From an uncultured Gammaproteobacteria bacterium (GTDB lineage Bacteria > Patescibacteriota > Microgenomatia > Levybacterales > GWA1-39-11): a stretch of DNA of 64,000 nucleotides. The position numbers and the translations under genes were made by a program. The notes under the pieces are model-generated. The model did no database searches. It was given only the letters and a program-made list of their open reading frames with translations, and had not been told where the DNA came from. Positions 1-11,885 of this stretch are shown here, in pieces. Position 1 is the first letter of the stretch, and every line of letters starts with the position of its first letter. Where the stretch lies: NCBI GenBank assembly GCA_964450885.1, contig CAYVFE010000001.1:438572-502571 (forward strand), read 5' to 3'.

Positions 1-727
1 AAAAGGAAAGTATTTACTTCTTATCAATAATGATGTTTGGGTAGGGAGGAACTTTGTTGATCAACTGATGACAATTTATAAAAAAGAAAAATTGTTTGTC
101 GTTTCACCAAAAGAAAAAAAGTATGACAAGTCTAATGTTGAAGGAGCAAATTATACTATTGATGTTACAGGTAGCCCGGCATCAGTTATTCCATTTAGGA
201 AGGACAAGCTCTTCTTTATGAGCGTATGTTATTTAATATCAAAAAAAGATTATCAAGATTCTAATGGATTTGATGAGAATCACTTTGCATACTATGAGGA
301 TGTGGATTGGTTTTGGAGATTACAGCTACTAAATAAAAAATTTGGCTATGCAGACGATGTATTCATATATCATGCCGGCGCAGGGAGTCTGGGGAAAGGT
401 ATAAAGTATAAAATGTTCTTATATAGAAATCAGAATACACTTCAGACGCTTATTAAGAACTATTCAGTTATGACGTTACTTTGGGTATTGCCTTTGTATG
501 TCTTGCAAAATTTGTTTGAGATACTTTTTTTCCTTCTTATTTTGAAATTTGATATAGCATTTTCTTATATCCAAGGCTGGTGGTTCAATATAATTAACAT
601 TAAAAAAATTCTTAGAAAAAGGGCATGGATACAAAAAAGAAGAAAAATAAGTGACGTAGAGATAATGAAAAAAATGTACTGGGGGCCTGCAAAGCTAAGA
701 ATGTTGATTAACTATAAAAGAGTATGA
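1..727 (+). CDS. Glycosyltransferase family 2, 5'-partial (frame open from the window edge)
   Basis: Frame from nt 2 reads KGKYLLLINNDVW (DxD-like); later GFDENHFAYYEDVDWFWR, typical of WbbL-like GT2. Confidence 0.85.
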   Translation, partial: KGKYLLLINNDVWVGRNFVDQLMTIYKKEKLFVVSPKEKKYDKSNVEGANYTIDVTGSPASVIPFRKDKLFFMSVCYLISKKDYQDSNGFDENHFAYYEDVDWFWRLQLLNKKFGYADDVFIYHAGAGSLGKGIKYKMFLYRNQNTLQTLIKNYSVMTLLWVLPLYVLQNLFEILFFLLILKFDIAFSYIQGWWFNIINIKKILRKRAWIQKRRKISDVEIMKKMYWGPAKLRMLINYKRV

Positions 728-1713
728 GAAACAGTTTTAAGTTATCTATAGTTACTCCTACATTAAATAATGGTAAGGATATCGAATTTTTTTTGAAGTC
801 GATCCGAAGGCAAGATTTTCCGAAGAGTAGGCTTGAGATAATAATTTCAGATGGCGGATCAAATGATAATACAATCAAAATAGCTAAAAAATACAATGCA
901 AGAGTTATTAACAATCCACATGTTCTCGCAGATCCGGGGGTAAATATCGGAATCGAATCGGCAAAAGGAGAAATTCTGATGGTTCTGGCCTGCGATAATA
1001 TATATAAAGATAAGAAAGCACTACAGAAGATGGTTGACGTTTTTCAGGATAAAACAATAGTAGCTGCTTTCCCTGTGCATTCAAGTGAAAAGAGGGATTC
1101 TATTTTTACAAAATACATAAATACCTTCACGGACCCTTTTAATCATTTTGTTTATGGATATGCTGCAAACGGTAGGACATTTAGAAACATCTACAAAATA
1201 ATATCGTCTAATAAAGCCTATGACATATACGATTATTCATCTAGTCCAGACAAGCCTCTTATAGCTGTGGCGCAAGGATTTACGGTCAGAAGTGGTTTTG
1301 CAAGGAGCAGAAAAAGTAGATTTGACGACGTATTACCAGTGATAGAGCTGATCAAGAAAAATAACAAAATTGCTTTTGTGCACTCGGTTAAGCTCTATCA
1401 CCATACAGTAAGAGATTTAAGACACTTTGCAAAGAAGCAATCATGGGCGACTATTAATGCCCTGCAAAAGAAGAGTTATGGAATAGCTCACAGGGTTAAC
1501 TATCTCTCTGAGAAGCAGAAGTTAAGAAATAAAATATGGCCTTTCTATGCTCTTAGTTTTGTCTTCCCACTCATCAACAGTTTGTATCATATCGTAAGAG
1601 ACAGAGATCCTATGTGGATTTTCCACCCTTTTTTGTGTATGATTTCAGCCGTGGCAAGTATTTATGCTGCGTTCATCTACCTGTTAAATAAAAATTATGA
1701 ATTCAAAAGATAA
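724..1713 (+). CDS. Glycosyltransferase family 2
   Basis: SIVTPTLN...[15 protein letters not shown]2 N-terminus; C-terminal hydrophobic helices. Confidence 0.88.
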   Translation: MRNSFKLSIVTPTLNNGKDIEFFLKSIRRQDFPKSRLEIIISDGGSNDNTIKIAKKYNARVINNPHVLADPGVNIGIESAKGEILMVLACDNIYKDKKALQKMVDVFQDKTIVAAFPVHSSEKRDSIFTKYINTFTDPFNHFVYGYAANGRTFRNIYKIISSNKAYDIYDYSSSPDKPLIAVAQGFTVRSGFARSRKSRFDDVLPVIELIKKNNKIAFVHSVKLYHHTVRDLRHFAKKQSWATINALQKKSYGIAHRVNYLSEKQKLRNKIWPFYALSFVFPLINSLYHIVRDRDPMWIFHPFLCMISAVASIYAAFIYLLNKNYEFKR

Positions 1714-2647
1714 ATTTTTTAAACACCCCACAGCAATAGTTAGTACAAAAAAAATAGGTGATGGTACTAGGATATGGGCATTTTGCAATATACTTGAAAA
1801 GGCTTCAATCGGAAGGAGTTGTAATATTTGTGACCATGTATTCATCGAAAATGATGTAGTCGTAGGGGACAATGTAACTATTAAGTGTGGAGTTCAGCTC
1901 TGGGATGGACTCAGAGTAGAGGATGATGTATTTATAGGACCTAACGCGACATTTGCCAACGATAAGTATCCGAGGAGCAAAAAGTATCCAGAGAAATTTT
2001 TACAGACGATTTTAAAAAAGGGCGCATCCGTTGGTGCCAATTCTACTATACTTCCCGGCGTGGTCATTGGTGAAAACGCTATGGTCGGAGCAGGAGCGGT
2101 TGTGACTAAAAATGTTCCGCCAAACTCAGTTGTTGTAGGGAATCCCGCCCGCATTAAAGGTTATACCAATTCTACTAAAATAAAAAGCTTGAAGGGATTT
2201 TTTGAGCACGATAATAAGCAGGAAATCGCTCAGACAGGGATCGGCAAGGTAACCGTCCGTTTTCTTCCCAAAGTAAGTGATGTAAGGGGAGATCTTTCAT
2301 TTATGGAACATCAGAAAGAGATTCCTTTTGAGGTAAAAAGGTTTTTTATGGTTCATAATGTTCCAAGTAGGGAAGTTAGAGGTGAGCACGCCCACAAAAA
2401 ACTTCATCAATTCCTGTTTTGTCTCAATGGATCGCTAAGTGTTGTGGTGGACGATGGATCTAAGAGAATGGAAATTCCACTTTTACCTATGGAGGTTGGG
2501 ATTCATATACCTCCGAAGGTATGGAGTATTCAGTATAAATATTCGAAAGACGCAGTTCTGGGTGTTTTTGCATCTGATTTTTATGATGAAAAGGACTATA
2601 TAAGGGACTATGGAGAATTTAAGAAATATATCAAGGGAAAAAAATGA
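1697..2647 (+). CDS. wxcM: WxcM-like bifunctional protein: hexapeptide N-acetyltransferase plus cupin dTDP-4-keto-6-deoxyhexose 3,4-isomerase (FdtA/QdtA-like)
   Basis: N-terminal left-handed beta-helix repeats (GARIWAF-like, [22 protein letters not shown]); C-terminal DVRGDL...RGEHAHK cupin. Confidence 0.88.
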   Translation: MNSKDKFFKHPTAIVSTKKIGDGTRIWAFCNILEKASIGRSCNICDHVFIENDVVVGDNVTIKCGVQLWDGLRVEDDVFIGPNATFANDKYPRSKKYPEKFLQTILKKGASVGANSTILPGVVIGENAMVGAGAVVTKNVPPNSVVVGNPARIKGYTNSTKIKSLKGFFEHDNKQEIAQTGIGKVTVRFLPKVSDVRGDLSFMEHQKEIPFEVKRFFMVHNVPSREVRGEHAHKKLHQFLFCLNGSLSVVVDDGSKRMEIPLLPMEVGIHIPPKVWSIQYKYSKDAVLGVFASDFYDEKDYIRDYGEFKKYIKGKK

Positions 2648-3750
2648 GGGTACCATTTATAGATTTAGGATATAGTTACAGTCTTATTGATGACGAATTG
2701 CTTAATGCCTTTAAAAAAGTGCTAAAAAGTGGACAAGTTGTTCTGGGAAAAGAGGTAGATGGCTTTGAAAAAAAATACGCGAAGTTCTCAGACACTAAAT
2801 ATTGCTTGGGTGTTTCGTCCGGGCTTGATGCTCTTACTCTTTCTCTCGAATCACTTGATATTGAAAAAGACTCTGAGGTCATTATGGCTTCTAATTCTTA
2901 CATAGCAACGCTAAATGCAGCTGTTAGGTTAGGATTAAAACCAGTCTTAGTTGAGCCAAAAGAAGATACGTATAACATTAATCCAGATAATATTGGGCCG
3001 GTCATAAATTCAAGAACAAGAGCTATATTGCCTACGCATTTTTTTGGACAAGCCTGCGATATGGACCCGATCCTGCAGATTGCCAAGAAGAACGATCTTT
3101 ATGTAGTAGAGGATAATGCCCAGTCACAAGGATCAACGTATAAAGGGAAAAAGACTGGGAGTTTTGGCATATCAAATGCGACGAGCTTTTATCCTACCAA
3201 AAATATCGGCGCCATAGGGGAAGCAGGAGCTGTAACGACTAACGATCCAAAGATTTATAAAAAAATATCAATGCTAAGAAATTATGGAGAGGAGAGCCGT
3301 TATAGAAATAGTGTTATTGGATATAATTGCCGACTGGATGAGGTCCAGGCATCATTTTTAAATGTTAAGCTTAGAAAGATTGACCAGATGACAAAAAGAC
3401 GGATCAGAATAGCAAATATCTACATGAAAGAGCTAAATGGTGTGGGGGACATTATACTTCCGAAAATCGAGAAGGACGTTAAGAGCGTTTTTCATATTTT
3501 TCCTATCAGAACCAAATACAGAAATAAGCTTCGGGAATATTTAACTGGTAAAGAGATAGGCACATCCGTACACTATCCAATACCTCCCCACTTACAAAAA
3601 GCGTATAGTTATCTAGGGCATGAAAAGGGCGATTTTCCGATTGCAGAAAGACTCGCGGAAAGCTCTCTGTCTATTCCTATATATCCGGAAATGAAAGACA
3701 CGCAAATAGAATTTGTAGTTAAGCAAATAAAAAATTACTTCAAAGAATGA
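2644..3750 (+). CDS. DegT/DnrJ/EryC1/StrS aminotransferase (FdtB/QdtB-like)
   Basis: [23 protein letters not shown] (PLP lysine), NCRLDEVQA; adjacent to wxcM. Confidence 0.92.
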   Translation: MRVPFIDLGYSYSLIDDELLNAFKKVLKSGQVVLGKEVDGFEKKYAKFSDTKYCLGVSSGLDALTLSLESLDIEKDSEVIMASNSYIATLNAAVRLGLKPVLVEPKEDTYNINPDNIGPVINSRTRAILPTHFFGQACDMDPILQIAKKNDLYVVEDNAQSQGSTYKGKKTGSFGISNATSFYPTKNIGAIGEAGAVTTNDPKIYKKISMLRNYGEESRYRNSVIGYNCRLDEVQASFLNVKLRKIDQMTKRRIRIANIYMKELNGVGDIILPKIEKDVKSVFHIFPIRTKYRNKLREYLTGKEIGTSVHYPIPPHLQKAYSYLGHEKGDFPIAERLAESSLSIPIYPEMKDTQIEFVVKQIKNYFKE

Positions 3751-4700
3751 TAACTCCTCAGCTCGTATCCATAGTCATACCTACCTATAATAGGAAAAAA
3801 TCAGTCGAAAGACTAATAAAAAGCATTTTAAAAAGCACATATAAAAAAATCGAGATAATAGTAGTCGATGATTGTTCGCCAGACTCAACGTCGGAATATC
3901 TTAAAGTGAGATTTGGCAACAATTCAAAAGTCAGAACTTTTAGGAATAAAATAAATCTTTATACGGCTGGAACAAGAAATGTCGGACAGAAAAAAAGTTC
4001 GGGAGAGTTTATCTTTTTTATAGATGATGATAATGTGCTCGAATCTACTGCGATAGAGTATCTAGTAGGGGAATTTTCAAAAGATAATATGCTTGGTGCT
4101 GCAGGTCCCGTGAACTATAATTTTAATGACAAGAAAAAAATATTGTGGTTTCTGACTAGGCGAAATATGAGCACTACCAAAACTTTTCAGCCTAGAAATT
4201 TAGATGAAGTCAAAGGAAAAAGTAGTTGGGAGACAGCAGACATACCAAATGCCTTCATGGTCAGAAGTAAGATAGTTAAAGACAATAGAATAACCTTCAA
4301 GAAAGAGTTCGGGATAATGTACGAAGAGAGTGATTATGCTTATAGAATAAGAAAAGCAGGATTTTTAGTAAAAACAGTTAGGAATGCGAAGATCTATCAT
4401 GATATCGAAGTTACGGATGGTGGCAAAAAGGCAATGGATTATATGTATCACTTTATGAATGATAGTAGACGGCCATTTGTATTTGCGAGAAATAGAATAT
4501 TATTCCACAAATTATATTCAAATAGGCTCCAGCTGTTAGGAATACTTATTTTCTGGATATGGTTCTTTGCGGCCTACTATCTATATAGAATTATCTTTTA
4601 TAATGGTTATGGAGAGTTTTCCCTATTGAGACGGATCCGGTTATCAGCAAGTTATCTCATGGGGACTTTTAATGGACTCACGAAGGTAATTAATTTCTGA
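3747..4700 (+). CDS. Glycosyltransferase family 2
   Basis: VSIVIPTYNR, VVDDCSPD, FIDDD, YEESDY. Confidence 0.9.
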   Translation: MITPQLVSIVIPTYNRKKSVERLIKSILKSTYKKIEIIVVDDCSPDSTSEYLKVRFGNNSKVRTFRNKINLYTAGTRNVGQKKSSGEFIFFIDDDNVLESTAIEYLVGEFSKDNMLGAAGPVNYNFNDKKKILWFLTRRNMSTTKTFQPRNLDEVKGKSSWETADIPNAFMVRSKIVKDNRITFKKEFGIMYEESDYAYRIRKAGFLVKTVRNAKIYHDIEVTDGGKKAMDYMYHFMNDSRRPFVFARNRILFHKLYSNRLQLLGILIFWIWFFAAYYLYRIIFYNGYGEFSLLRRIRLSASYLMGTFNGLTKVINF

Positions 4701-4789
4701 TAGTAAAATAACATGGATAAATTGTGATTTGAACAGTGAAATCTAGTTTTCTATTATCATAGTATTTATGCTAGAATTAAAAATCAAAT

Positions 4790-6040
4790 ATGGCAAGTAA
4801 TTTAAAGAAAATTACAGAGTGTAGGATCTGTAAATCAAAAGATTTAATAGATGTAATTGATCTCACAGACCAGCCCATTCCGAATGGATTTCTTACCAAG
4901 GAACAATTAAAGCAGAAAGAAGAAAAGTATCCGCTCGTTGTATGTTTTTGCAATAATTGTTCTCTTATGCAACTTCGCTATCTTGTAAATGCGAAAGTCA
5001 TGTTTGATAACTATTTATATATTCCATCAGCTTCAAAGACCCGAGTAGAGCATTTCAAAGGACTTGCACAAGAGGTAAAAGAGATTACGGATTTTAATGA
5101 AAAATCATTAGTAATAGATATAGGAAGTAATGATGGAAGTCTTTTGATCACTTTTAAGAATCTAGGTGCCAGAACCCTTGGAATAGATCCGGCAGAAAAT
5201 CTGGTAAAAGTTGCGGCACTTTCTGGGATAGAAACAGTAAATGACTATTTTGATTCAAAGGTGGCTGCTAAAGTTGTAAAAAAATATGGGAAAGCGAAAG
5301 CGATGCTTGCAACAAATGTAATCGCACATATACATAATATTCATGAGGTTATAAGAGGAGGAGAGATCTTGCTTGAGAATGACGGTATATTTCTGATGCA
5401 ATTTCCATACTCTCTGGATTTAATAGAAAAAAATCTATTTGATACGATTTATCACGAGCACCTTTCCTACTTTTCGGTTAGATCCCTGTTGGTGCTGGCT
5501 CAGGATTCTGACTTGGAGATATTTAATATAGAGAAAAGCGATTTAGACGGTGGCTCTTTGAAGGTATATTGGAAGAAAAGATCCAATAAAAAGATAAAGA
5601 CAAATCAAGATAAATTGAACAAGATCCTGAAGGAAGAGGAGGATTTTGGACTTTATGATATCAAGACATATATGGAATTCACGAAAAGGGTCGAGAAGTT
5701 AAAAGATCAGGTAGTCAAAAAATTGAAAGAGTTAAAAAAGAAGAATAAATCGATCGTCGGTTACGGCGCTGCAGCGAAGGCAAATGTACTTCTTAATTAT
5801 TTCGGGATAGATAAGAAAACTATAGATTATCTTGTTGACTCAACTCCATATAAGCAGGGTAGGTTTACTCCGGGGTCGCATATTCCGATATATTCGGAGG
5901 ACGAAATATATAAGACAAATCCCGATTATGTGATCATATTTGCATGGAATTTCGCAAAAGAGATCATGGATAAAAATAGGAAATTCAAGAAAAGCGGTGG
6001 AAAATTTATATTTGTAGAACCAGAGCTAAAAATCATATAG
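4790..6040 (+). CDS. SAM-dependent NDP-sugar C-methyltransferase (Zn-binding N-terminus)
   Basis: CRIC...CNNC, DIGSNDG, FDTIYHEHLSYFS, GYGAAAK, PDYVIIFAWNF. Confidence 0.9.
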   Translation: MASNLKKITECRICKSKDLIDVIDLTDQPIPNGFLTKEQLKQKEEKYPLVVCFCNNCSLMQLRYLVNAKVMFDNYLYIPSASKTRVEHFKGLAQEVKEITDFNEKSLVIDIGSNDGSLLITFKNLGARTLGIDPAENLVKVAALSGIETVNDYFDSKVAAKVVKKYGKAKAMLATNVIAHIHNIHEVIRGGEILLENDGIFLMQFPYSLDLIEKNLFDTIYHEHLSYFSVRSLLVLAQDSDLEIFNIEKSDLDGGSLKVYWKKRSNKKIKTNQDKLNKILKEEEDFGLYDIKTYMEFTKRVEKLKDQVVKKLKELKKKNKSIVGYGAAAKANVLLNYFGIDKKTIDYLVDSTPYKQGRFTPGSHIPIYSEDEIYKTNPDYVIIFAWNFAKEIMDKNRKFKKSGGKFIFVEPELKII

Positions 6041-6055
6041 ATTATTTCCCCATAG

Positions 6056-8356
6056 ATGAAATTTAAAGTAATCTACCTTCTAACTATCATATTTCTATTG
6101 CTTCTTCCTTACTATATATTCGAAGGAAAATTATACTTAGGCGGAGATGACACACGACTGTTTTATTCTTACCCACTAGAATTTTTAAAGAATGCCACAT
6201 TTTTTTCATGGTACAAAGTATCTAGTTTGGGGATTAATGGTCCAAGTCAGTATCTAGCGCCTTTCTTAGTTGTTGTTTCCGCTTTGGATCTAGTGCTAGC
6301 AAACAAACTAGTATTAAATTGTCTGGCTTTATCGACTCCATTAATTTTGGGATTCATTTTTTTCCAGGAGTCTATAAAAGAGCTGTTTCAGTTAGACAAC
6401 GAGAAATCGTTCGAATTATTCGCGGGTAGTTTGTTTTATATACTTTCGCCAATATTATTAATTAATCAGTATTTCGTATTCTTGATTTCCATTTGGCTTC
6501 TTGGACTAATTCCGATTGTCGTTTATTATTTTTTGAAGTACCTCAGGACTTCTGATTTCAAATATGTATTCATTGCTTCATTGTGGTGTCTTTTTCTGTC
6601 ATTTGCCCTGTATACAGTGCCCTGGCTACTTGGATTTGTTATTCCTGTATCAATAGGATTAATTTGTACCTCATTTCTTTATAAGAGAAAAGAAGTATCT
6701 TTTTTTGTAAGACACATTGTGGTATTTTCTATTTTTATTTCTATATCTCAGGCATTTTGGTTAACAGGATTCATATCGACATATCTAAATCTTGGTCAGG
6801 ACAGCTTTGCTTCGAAGTTTTTGTCACAAGGGTTTGTCGATACATTTACTCCCACTATTCTTTCTACAGCTACGGGAAATATATTTTACCCATTGTTGAA
6901 TTTATTTCATAGGCAGATACCTTTTGATTTCGGATGGAAACTTAAAGACGTATTTATTGGTTATTATGACTTATCTTTCGCCCTAAATTCATTGTATGTT
7001 GTGCTTTTTACTTATGGACTAGTTAGCTTTAAGAAACACCTACCATCTAGAAGTATAAGATTGTTTATCTTATTGCTCGTCTCTTTCTTTTTTTCCATTT
7101 ACTTCTTTACTGTTAACATCGGGCCATTAAAGGATCTGTTCATTCTTTTTGGGCAAGTCCCTGGATTCACTATGTTCAGGAATTTTTACGATAAATTCGC
7201 TCCTGGTTACGTTATATTGTATGCGACTATCATCACGATGTGCCTTATTTTTGTGACATCAAAATTCGAAAAGTTCAGAAATCTAATTATTACCGTATTC
7301 ATTCTAGTCGTTCTCATTAATTTCGTGCCAGTAAAACAAATAGTGAATTCGCCCCTATGGACTACTAAAGATATCTATAAAACGGTCACAATCCCTGAAG
7401 AACATCTAGGTTTTATGAACGATATCAGTAATACGATTTCATCCACTAACAACATATTTAATTTTCCTTTTGGAAGTTCTGCATACTCAGTTATAGTTGA
7501 TCCAGATTCCAACAAGAATGTTTATGCTGGAGTTTCCCCAGTAAAAATATTTAGCGGAGTAAATGATATTTCAGGTCATTTATCTTTTAACTATACAGAG
7601 GTAGCAAATATTGTCGATGGAATGATAGTTAAGAGGGATTATGAAGGATTAAATAAGATCTTATATGAGCATAATATAAATTATGTTTTGGTCACAAAGA
7701 ACATACCGCGCGAATTGGCAGATTCTTACATCTATAACTCCGATTTATTTAGAGTTCAAGATAATGATTTTTTAGATGCAATTACTTCAGAGGAAGTTCT
7801 ATCAAGCTCTAAGGGAAATTACGAGTTATATAAGACAAGAGAAAAAAATAGCTTAATTAGCTCAAAGAATGTATTTTTTAAAAAAATCAACCAGGTAAAG
7901 TATAAGATCTATATCAAGAACATTAAGGATGAACAAGAATTGGTATTCTTAGACTCATTTCATAAAGGATGGAAGTTGTATCCAAAAGCAAACCCATCTT
8001 TGGATTTTTGTAAAGATCCGAAAGAAAATAAAACGACTAACACAAGAGAGTGCAGAGAGGAGCATACTATTTTCGAGTGGGAAGATTTGTCTTACTCATT
8101 TAGAGAGCCAGTTTTTGAAGACACGCAGGATGTCATTTATGACTATGCGAATAAGTGGGTTATTGACCCAGGATATATTGAAAGAGCCTTTGATGAAAAA
8201 TACTATAAGAGAAACGAAGATGGAAGTATAGATATTGAATTGATTTTATATTTTGCACCACAAAATTATTTTTACCTAGGATCAGCGATATCTCTTATTG
8301 TTTTTGTTGGGGGATTCACATATCTCATCATAAGAAAAAATGAAACTAAAAAATAA
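6056..8356 (+). CDS. Large polytopic membrane protein, GT-C-like (AftD/DUF3367-like)
   Basis: GGDD after TM1, about 12 TM segments, MFRNFYDKF motif, extracellular C-terminal domain and terminal TM. Confidence 0.6.
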   Translation: MKFKVIYLLTIIFLLLLPYYIFEGKLYLGGDDTRLFYSYPLEFLKNATFFSWYKVSSLGINGPSQYLAPFLVVVSALDLVLANKLVLNCLALSTPLILGFIFFQESIKELFQLDNEKSFELFAGSLFYILSPILLINQYFVFLISIWLLGLIPIVVYYFLKYLRTSDFKYVFIASLWCLFLSFALYTVPWLLGFVIPVSIGLICTSFLYKRKEVSFFVRHIVVFSIFISISQAFWLTGFISTYLNLGQDSFASKFLSQGFVDTFTPTILSTATGNIFYPLLNLFHRQIPFDFGWKLKDVFIGYYDLSFALNSLYVVLFTYGLVSFKKHLPSRSIRLFILLLVSFFFSIYFFTVNIGPLKDLFILFGQVPGFTMFRNFYDKFAPGYVILYATIITMCLIFVTSKFEKFRNLIITVFILVVLINFVPVKQIVNSPLWTTKDIYKTVTIPEEHLGFMNDISNTISSTNNIFNFPFGSSAYSVIVDPDSNKNVYAGVSPVKIFSGVNDISGHLSFNYTEVANIVDGMIVKRDYEGLNKILYEHNINYVLVTKNIPRELADSYIYNSDLFRVQDNDFLDAITSEEVLSSSKGNYELYKTREKNSLISSKNVFFKKINQVKYKIYIKNIKDEQELVFLDSFHKGWKLYPKANPSLDFCKDPKENKTTNTRECREEHTIFEWEDLSYSFREPVFEDTQDVIYDYANKWVIDPGYIERAFDEKYYKRNEDGSIDIELILYFAPQNYFYLGSAISLIVFVGGFTYLIIRKNETKK

Positions 8357-9368
8357 GATAAGAAAAATTTTATCAAATAAGTTTTTGCGATGGATCATAA
8401 TTCCGATGGGGCTAATTACGATTGGAACTTTTATGGCTATACTATTTAATAATAGAATCAGCTTTAGTGTTTTGGAATACAGTCATAGAAATTCAATCAA
8501 TAACAGTGATATTTCAAAAAAATTAACCAAAGGAGAAAAAATAGTAGGGGAATTCAAGGCAAGAGAGAATCATCTGGGAATCGTATCGATTAAATTTAAG
8601 GATTTTGTTAAACCTGATTTTCGCGGTGAGGATGTGCTACAGTTTAGGATAAAAGAAAAAGGTGAACTCGACTGGTACTATCTTAATAATTACAGGTCTG
8701 GATTATTGAAAGATCAGCTGGTCTATCCATTTGGCTTTCCAGAAATTCCAAATTCTCAAGATAAAACCTATATATATGAAATCGAATCTCTATTTGGAAA
8801 CAATACAAATGCAGTAGGACTATCTGATAGAGAAATTTATACCGCTTATCAGATCCCTAAGGAATTCATAATGGGCGGTAAGATGAATTTAGTTAATTTC
8901 ATTTTTACGAAAGCTATTACTTCATTTACGAATATAAATTTCTTGCTATCTTCTACTACATATTTCCTACCTTTCATCTTTTATCTTATGTGGCAGCTAT
9001 TGTTATCGAGGTTTGATGTAGCGAAAAGGTTGTTATCTACGATAGCCTTAGCCCTAATAATTGCGAACATCTTCTTGATAAAAGAATATTATATTGGTGT
9101 TTTCCTCGTACTGTTGTTTTTGTGGATCGGATGTCTAAAGATCTACAAGCTTCATAGCTCTGTTTCCTTTATCTTGGCATTTATACTGCTTGTATTATGG
9201 TTAACACTGAATATATTTGGAATACGAGACTTTGAAAGCAAGCTGAATATATGGACATACACATTTTTGGGCATAGGTATCATCCAGCTATTGATAGAAG
9301 AAAAGACAAACAGCAAAAAAGGAGTTCGCTACAAGGAATTTATAGGTACCTTTGTTAAATTAAAATGA
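8340..9368 (+). CDS. Membrane protein of unknown function
   Basis: N-terminal TM, beta-rich soluble domain, about 5 C-terminal TMs; overlaps both neighbours. Confidence 0.7.
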   Translation: MKLKNKIRKILSNKFLRWIIIPMGLITIGTFMAILFNNRISFSVLEYSHRNSINNSDISKKLTKGEKIVGEFKARENHLGIVSIKFKDFVKPDFRGEDVLQFRIKEKGELDWYYLNNYRSGLLKDQLVYPFGFPEIPNSQDKTYIYEIESLFGNNTNAVGLSDREIYTAYQIPKEFIMGGKMNLVNFIFTKAITSFTNINFLLSSTTYFLPFIFYLMWQLLLSRFDVAKRLLSTIALALIIANIFLIKEYYIGVFLVLLFLWIGCLKIYKLHSSVSFILAFILLVLWLTLNIFGIRDFESKLNIWTYTFLGIGIIQLLIEEKTNSKKGVRYKEFIGTFVKLK

Positions 9369-10117
9369 AAAAATTCGATTATGAAAATCAACAATATCTA
9401 GAGAAGCTTAATGATCTAAATCTTCGATATTATTCGAAATATATAGAGTTTTTTAAAAAGTCGTTAAAAAGCAAGAAATCTTTATTTTTAGATGTCGGTT
9501 GTGGAAATGGTGAAGTTCTTTTGGAGTTAGAAAAGAAAGGGTTTGTAAATGGTTATGGTCTGGACGTCTCAAAGTTATTTGTTAAGGCGGCAAAATCAAA
9601 AGGCTTAGAAAATATTTATAGTTATAGCGGGAAAAAATTTCCCTTTAAGAATAGTTATTTTGACCTAGTGGGATCATTTAATGTTTTGGAGCACACGCAA
9701 GATCCAGAAGGTTTCTTGAAGGAACAGCTTTCTAAATTGAAAGAGGATGGCGTTCTGATAGTCGCGTGTCCTAATTTTCTATCATTCTTTTTCCCGAATC
9801 CACATCGCAGACTGAAAGGTTTTAATAATAAATTTAGGAACTTTAGGGTAGTCATAAAAAAGTTGATTAGTAAAAAAATAGATTTTGAAAAGATGGCCCC
9901 TGTGGTTAGAAAAAAATTCGAATATGACGATGATGCAATCGTCGTTACGAACCTAATTGATCTAAAGAACTTTTTTAGAGCGAATAATTGTGAAATAGTA
10001 TATGAGAGTGGCTTTATAAATTATGATAGTCAACTTTTTAGGATCGTGAATAATATCCCTTTTATTAGATATGGTCTACCTTCGTGTTTCGTTGTAGTTA
10101 AAAAAAATGAAAAATAA
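9365..10117 (+). CDS. Class I SAM-dependent methyltransferase
   Basis: LDVGCGNG, FPFKNSYFDLV, VLEH, CPN. Confidence 0.9.
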   Translation: MKKFDYENQQYLEKLNDLNLRYYSKYIEFFKKSLKSKKSLFLDVGCGNGEVLLELEKKGFVNGYGLDVSKLFVKAAKSKGLENIYSYSGKKFPFKNSYFDLVGSFNVLEHTQDPEGFLKEQLSKLKEDGVLIVACPNFLSFFFPNPHRRLKGFNNKFRNFRVVIKKLISKKIDFEKMAPVVRKKFEYDDDAIVVTNLIDLKNFFRANNCEIVYESGFINYDSQLFRIVNNIPFIRYGLPSCFVVVKKNEK

Positions 10118-11885
10118 ACTAAGTATCATATTATTTTTGTTCTACCTTCTCCTCCTTTTCATGACTTTTAGGGTCTGGTTTTTGCCGGGAGTTATTACAG
10201 GCGGAGATCTTTGGTATTATTTCCCTTCCATGTTTGATAACCATCAGTTTTATCCTTCAGACTGGGCGTTTTTTTCAGGTAATGGATTCGGTGGGACAGC
10301 GATTCCTTTTATGGCGGTTAGTTTTTTTATGTCAATTCCATTTTTCTTTGGGAAAGCATTTGGAATTTCTTGGGAGATATTGCAAAGAGTATTTATCCTG
10401 TTCCCTTTCCTGATCGCCGTAAGTGTTTTTCCTTATTTATTTTTAAAAAAATTATTCCCCAATAATCTATTTGTAGTTATTTCCAGTCTGATTTTTTCTT
10501 TCAATTCATATATCTTGATGTTGGTATCGGGTGGTTTGGTGGTTATAGGGATTGCTTACTGCCTGATTCCCCTAGGATTCTTATTCACGATAAAGATTTT
10601 GGATCACAAAGGCGATAAAAGACAGCTGATATCTAACATTTTTTCACTAGGCATTATTTTCGGGATTCAGTCAGTGCTGGATGTCAGGGTAACATACATG
10701 ACTTTTGTTGGCATTTCAATTTTCTTTATATCCCGATTGTTGATAGAAAAAAACTTTCTTGAATTTTTTAAAAATGCAGTTAGTATATTCATAGTACCTT
10801 TATTGATTGCTGGACTCATTAATGCTTTTTGGCTCCTTCCTGCGCTTACTTTCGGCTCAAATGCACTCGACCAACTAGGAGAAAACTATACGACAGTAGA
10901 ATCTGTTAGATTCTTTAGTTTTGCAAAATTTGAAAATACCATCTCACTTCTTCATCCCAACTGGCCCGAAAATATTTTTGGAAAGACATATTTTCAGAGA
11001 CCAGAATTTCTAATTTTTACTTTTTTTGCTTTCATAAGTTTGTTATTTGTTAACAAAAACAATAGAAAGATAGTTTTGCCGTTTGTGATTATGGGAGTTC
11101 TTGCAAGTTTTCTGGCAAAGGGATCAAGCGATCCTTTTGGTGGTATTTATATTTTTTTGTTCGAAAATATTCCGGGTTTTGTTTTTTTTAGAGATCCCAC
11201 AAAATGGTATATGCTTATTGCTTTGTCTTTCTCGGTGCTCATTCCATTTTCCATATTTAAGCTATATAGCAAGTATAAGAAGGTTGGCTGGCTCGTCCCA
11301 GTATTTTTTGCTATTTATTTTCTAATAACAATTTTGCCAGCGTTATCAGGTAAGCTTCCTGGGACTTTTAAGACCTCTAATGTCCCAAGTGAATATGTGA
11401 GTTTTGAGGAGTTTATGTCTCAGCAGGATCCTGGAAGGATATTGTGGGTTCCCAGTCCTTCAAGATTTTCATATTTTTCTCAGGTTCATCCTGCTGTCTC
11501 TGGAAATAAATATTTTGATATGAACGACCCATCCGAAGTCGCGCAAAATCTGAGTAGTGAAGCGATCGATATTTTAGGACAACGAGGGGTTTCTTATGTC
11601 GCAGTCCCTTATGATAGTAGGGGTGAAATTTTTCTAAAAGACAGAGTGTATGATGAAAAAGAATATATAAAAACGATAGAAATTCTTGATTCAAACACAG
11701 AGCTGAAAAGAATTGATGGTTTGGGCAATTTAAGACTTTACAGTATTGAAGATAGTGATGTATCTAGTGTTCTGCCAAAGGAGAATATTGGTAGACCTCA
11801 AACAACCAATTTAGCCGCTGCTGTAAGTTTGGTAGCGTTTATTTTATCGATAATAACGGTTATTGCATTGAAATTAAAAAGATGA
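10107..11885 (+). CDS. Polytopic membrane protein, GT-C-like (same family as 6056-8356)
   Basis: GGD after TM1, many TMs, FFRDPTKW motif, RILWVP. Confidence 0.6.
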   Translation: MKNKLSIILFLFYLLLLFMTFRVWFLPGVITGGDLWYYFPSMFDNHQFYPSDWAFFSGNGFGGTAIPFMAVSFFMSIPFFFGKAFGISWEILQRVFILFPFLIAVSVFPYLFLKKLFPNNLFVVISSLIFSFNSYILMLVSGGLVVIGIAYCLIPLGFLFTIKILDHKGDKRQLISNIFSLGIIFGIQSVLDVRVTYMTFVGISIFFISRLLIEKNFLEFFKNAVSIFIVPLLIAGLINAFWLLPALTFGSNALDQLGENYTTVESVRFFSFAKFENTISLLHPNWPENIFGKTYFQRPEFLIFTFFAFISLLFVNKNNRKIVLPFVIMGVLASFLAKGSSDPFGGIYIFLFENIPGFVFFRDPTKWYMLIALSFSVLIPFSIFKLYSKYKKVGWLVPVFFAIYFLITILPALSGKLPGTFKTSNVPSEYVSFEEFMSQQDPGRILWVPSPSRFSYFSQVHPAVSGNKYFDMNDPSEVAQNLSSEAIDILGQRGVSYVAVPYDSRGEIFLKDRVYDEKEYIKTIEILDSNTELKRIDGLGNLRLYSIEDSDVSSVLPKENIGRPQTTNLAAAVSLVAFILSIITVIALKLKR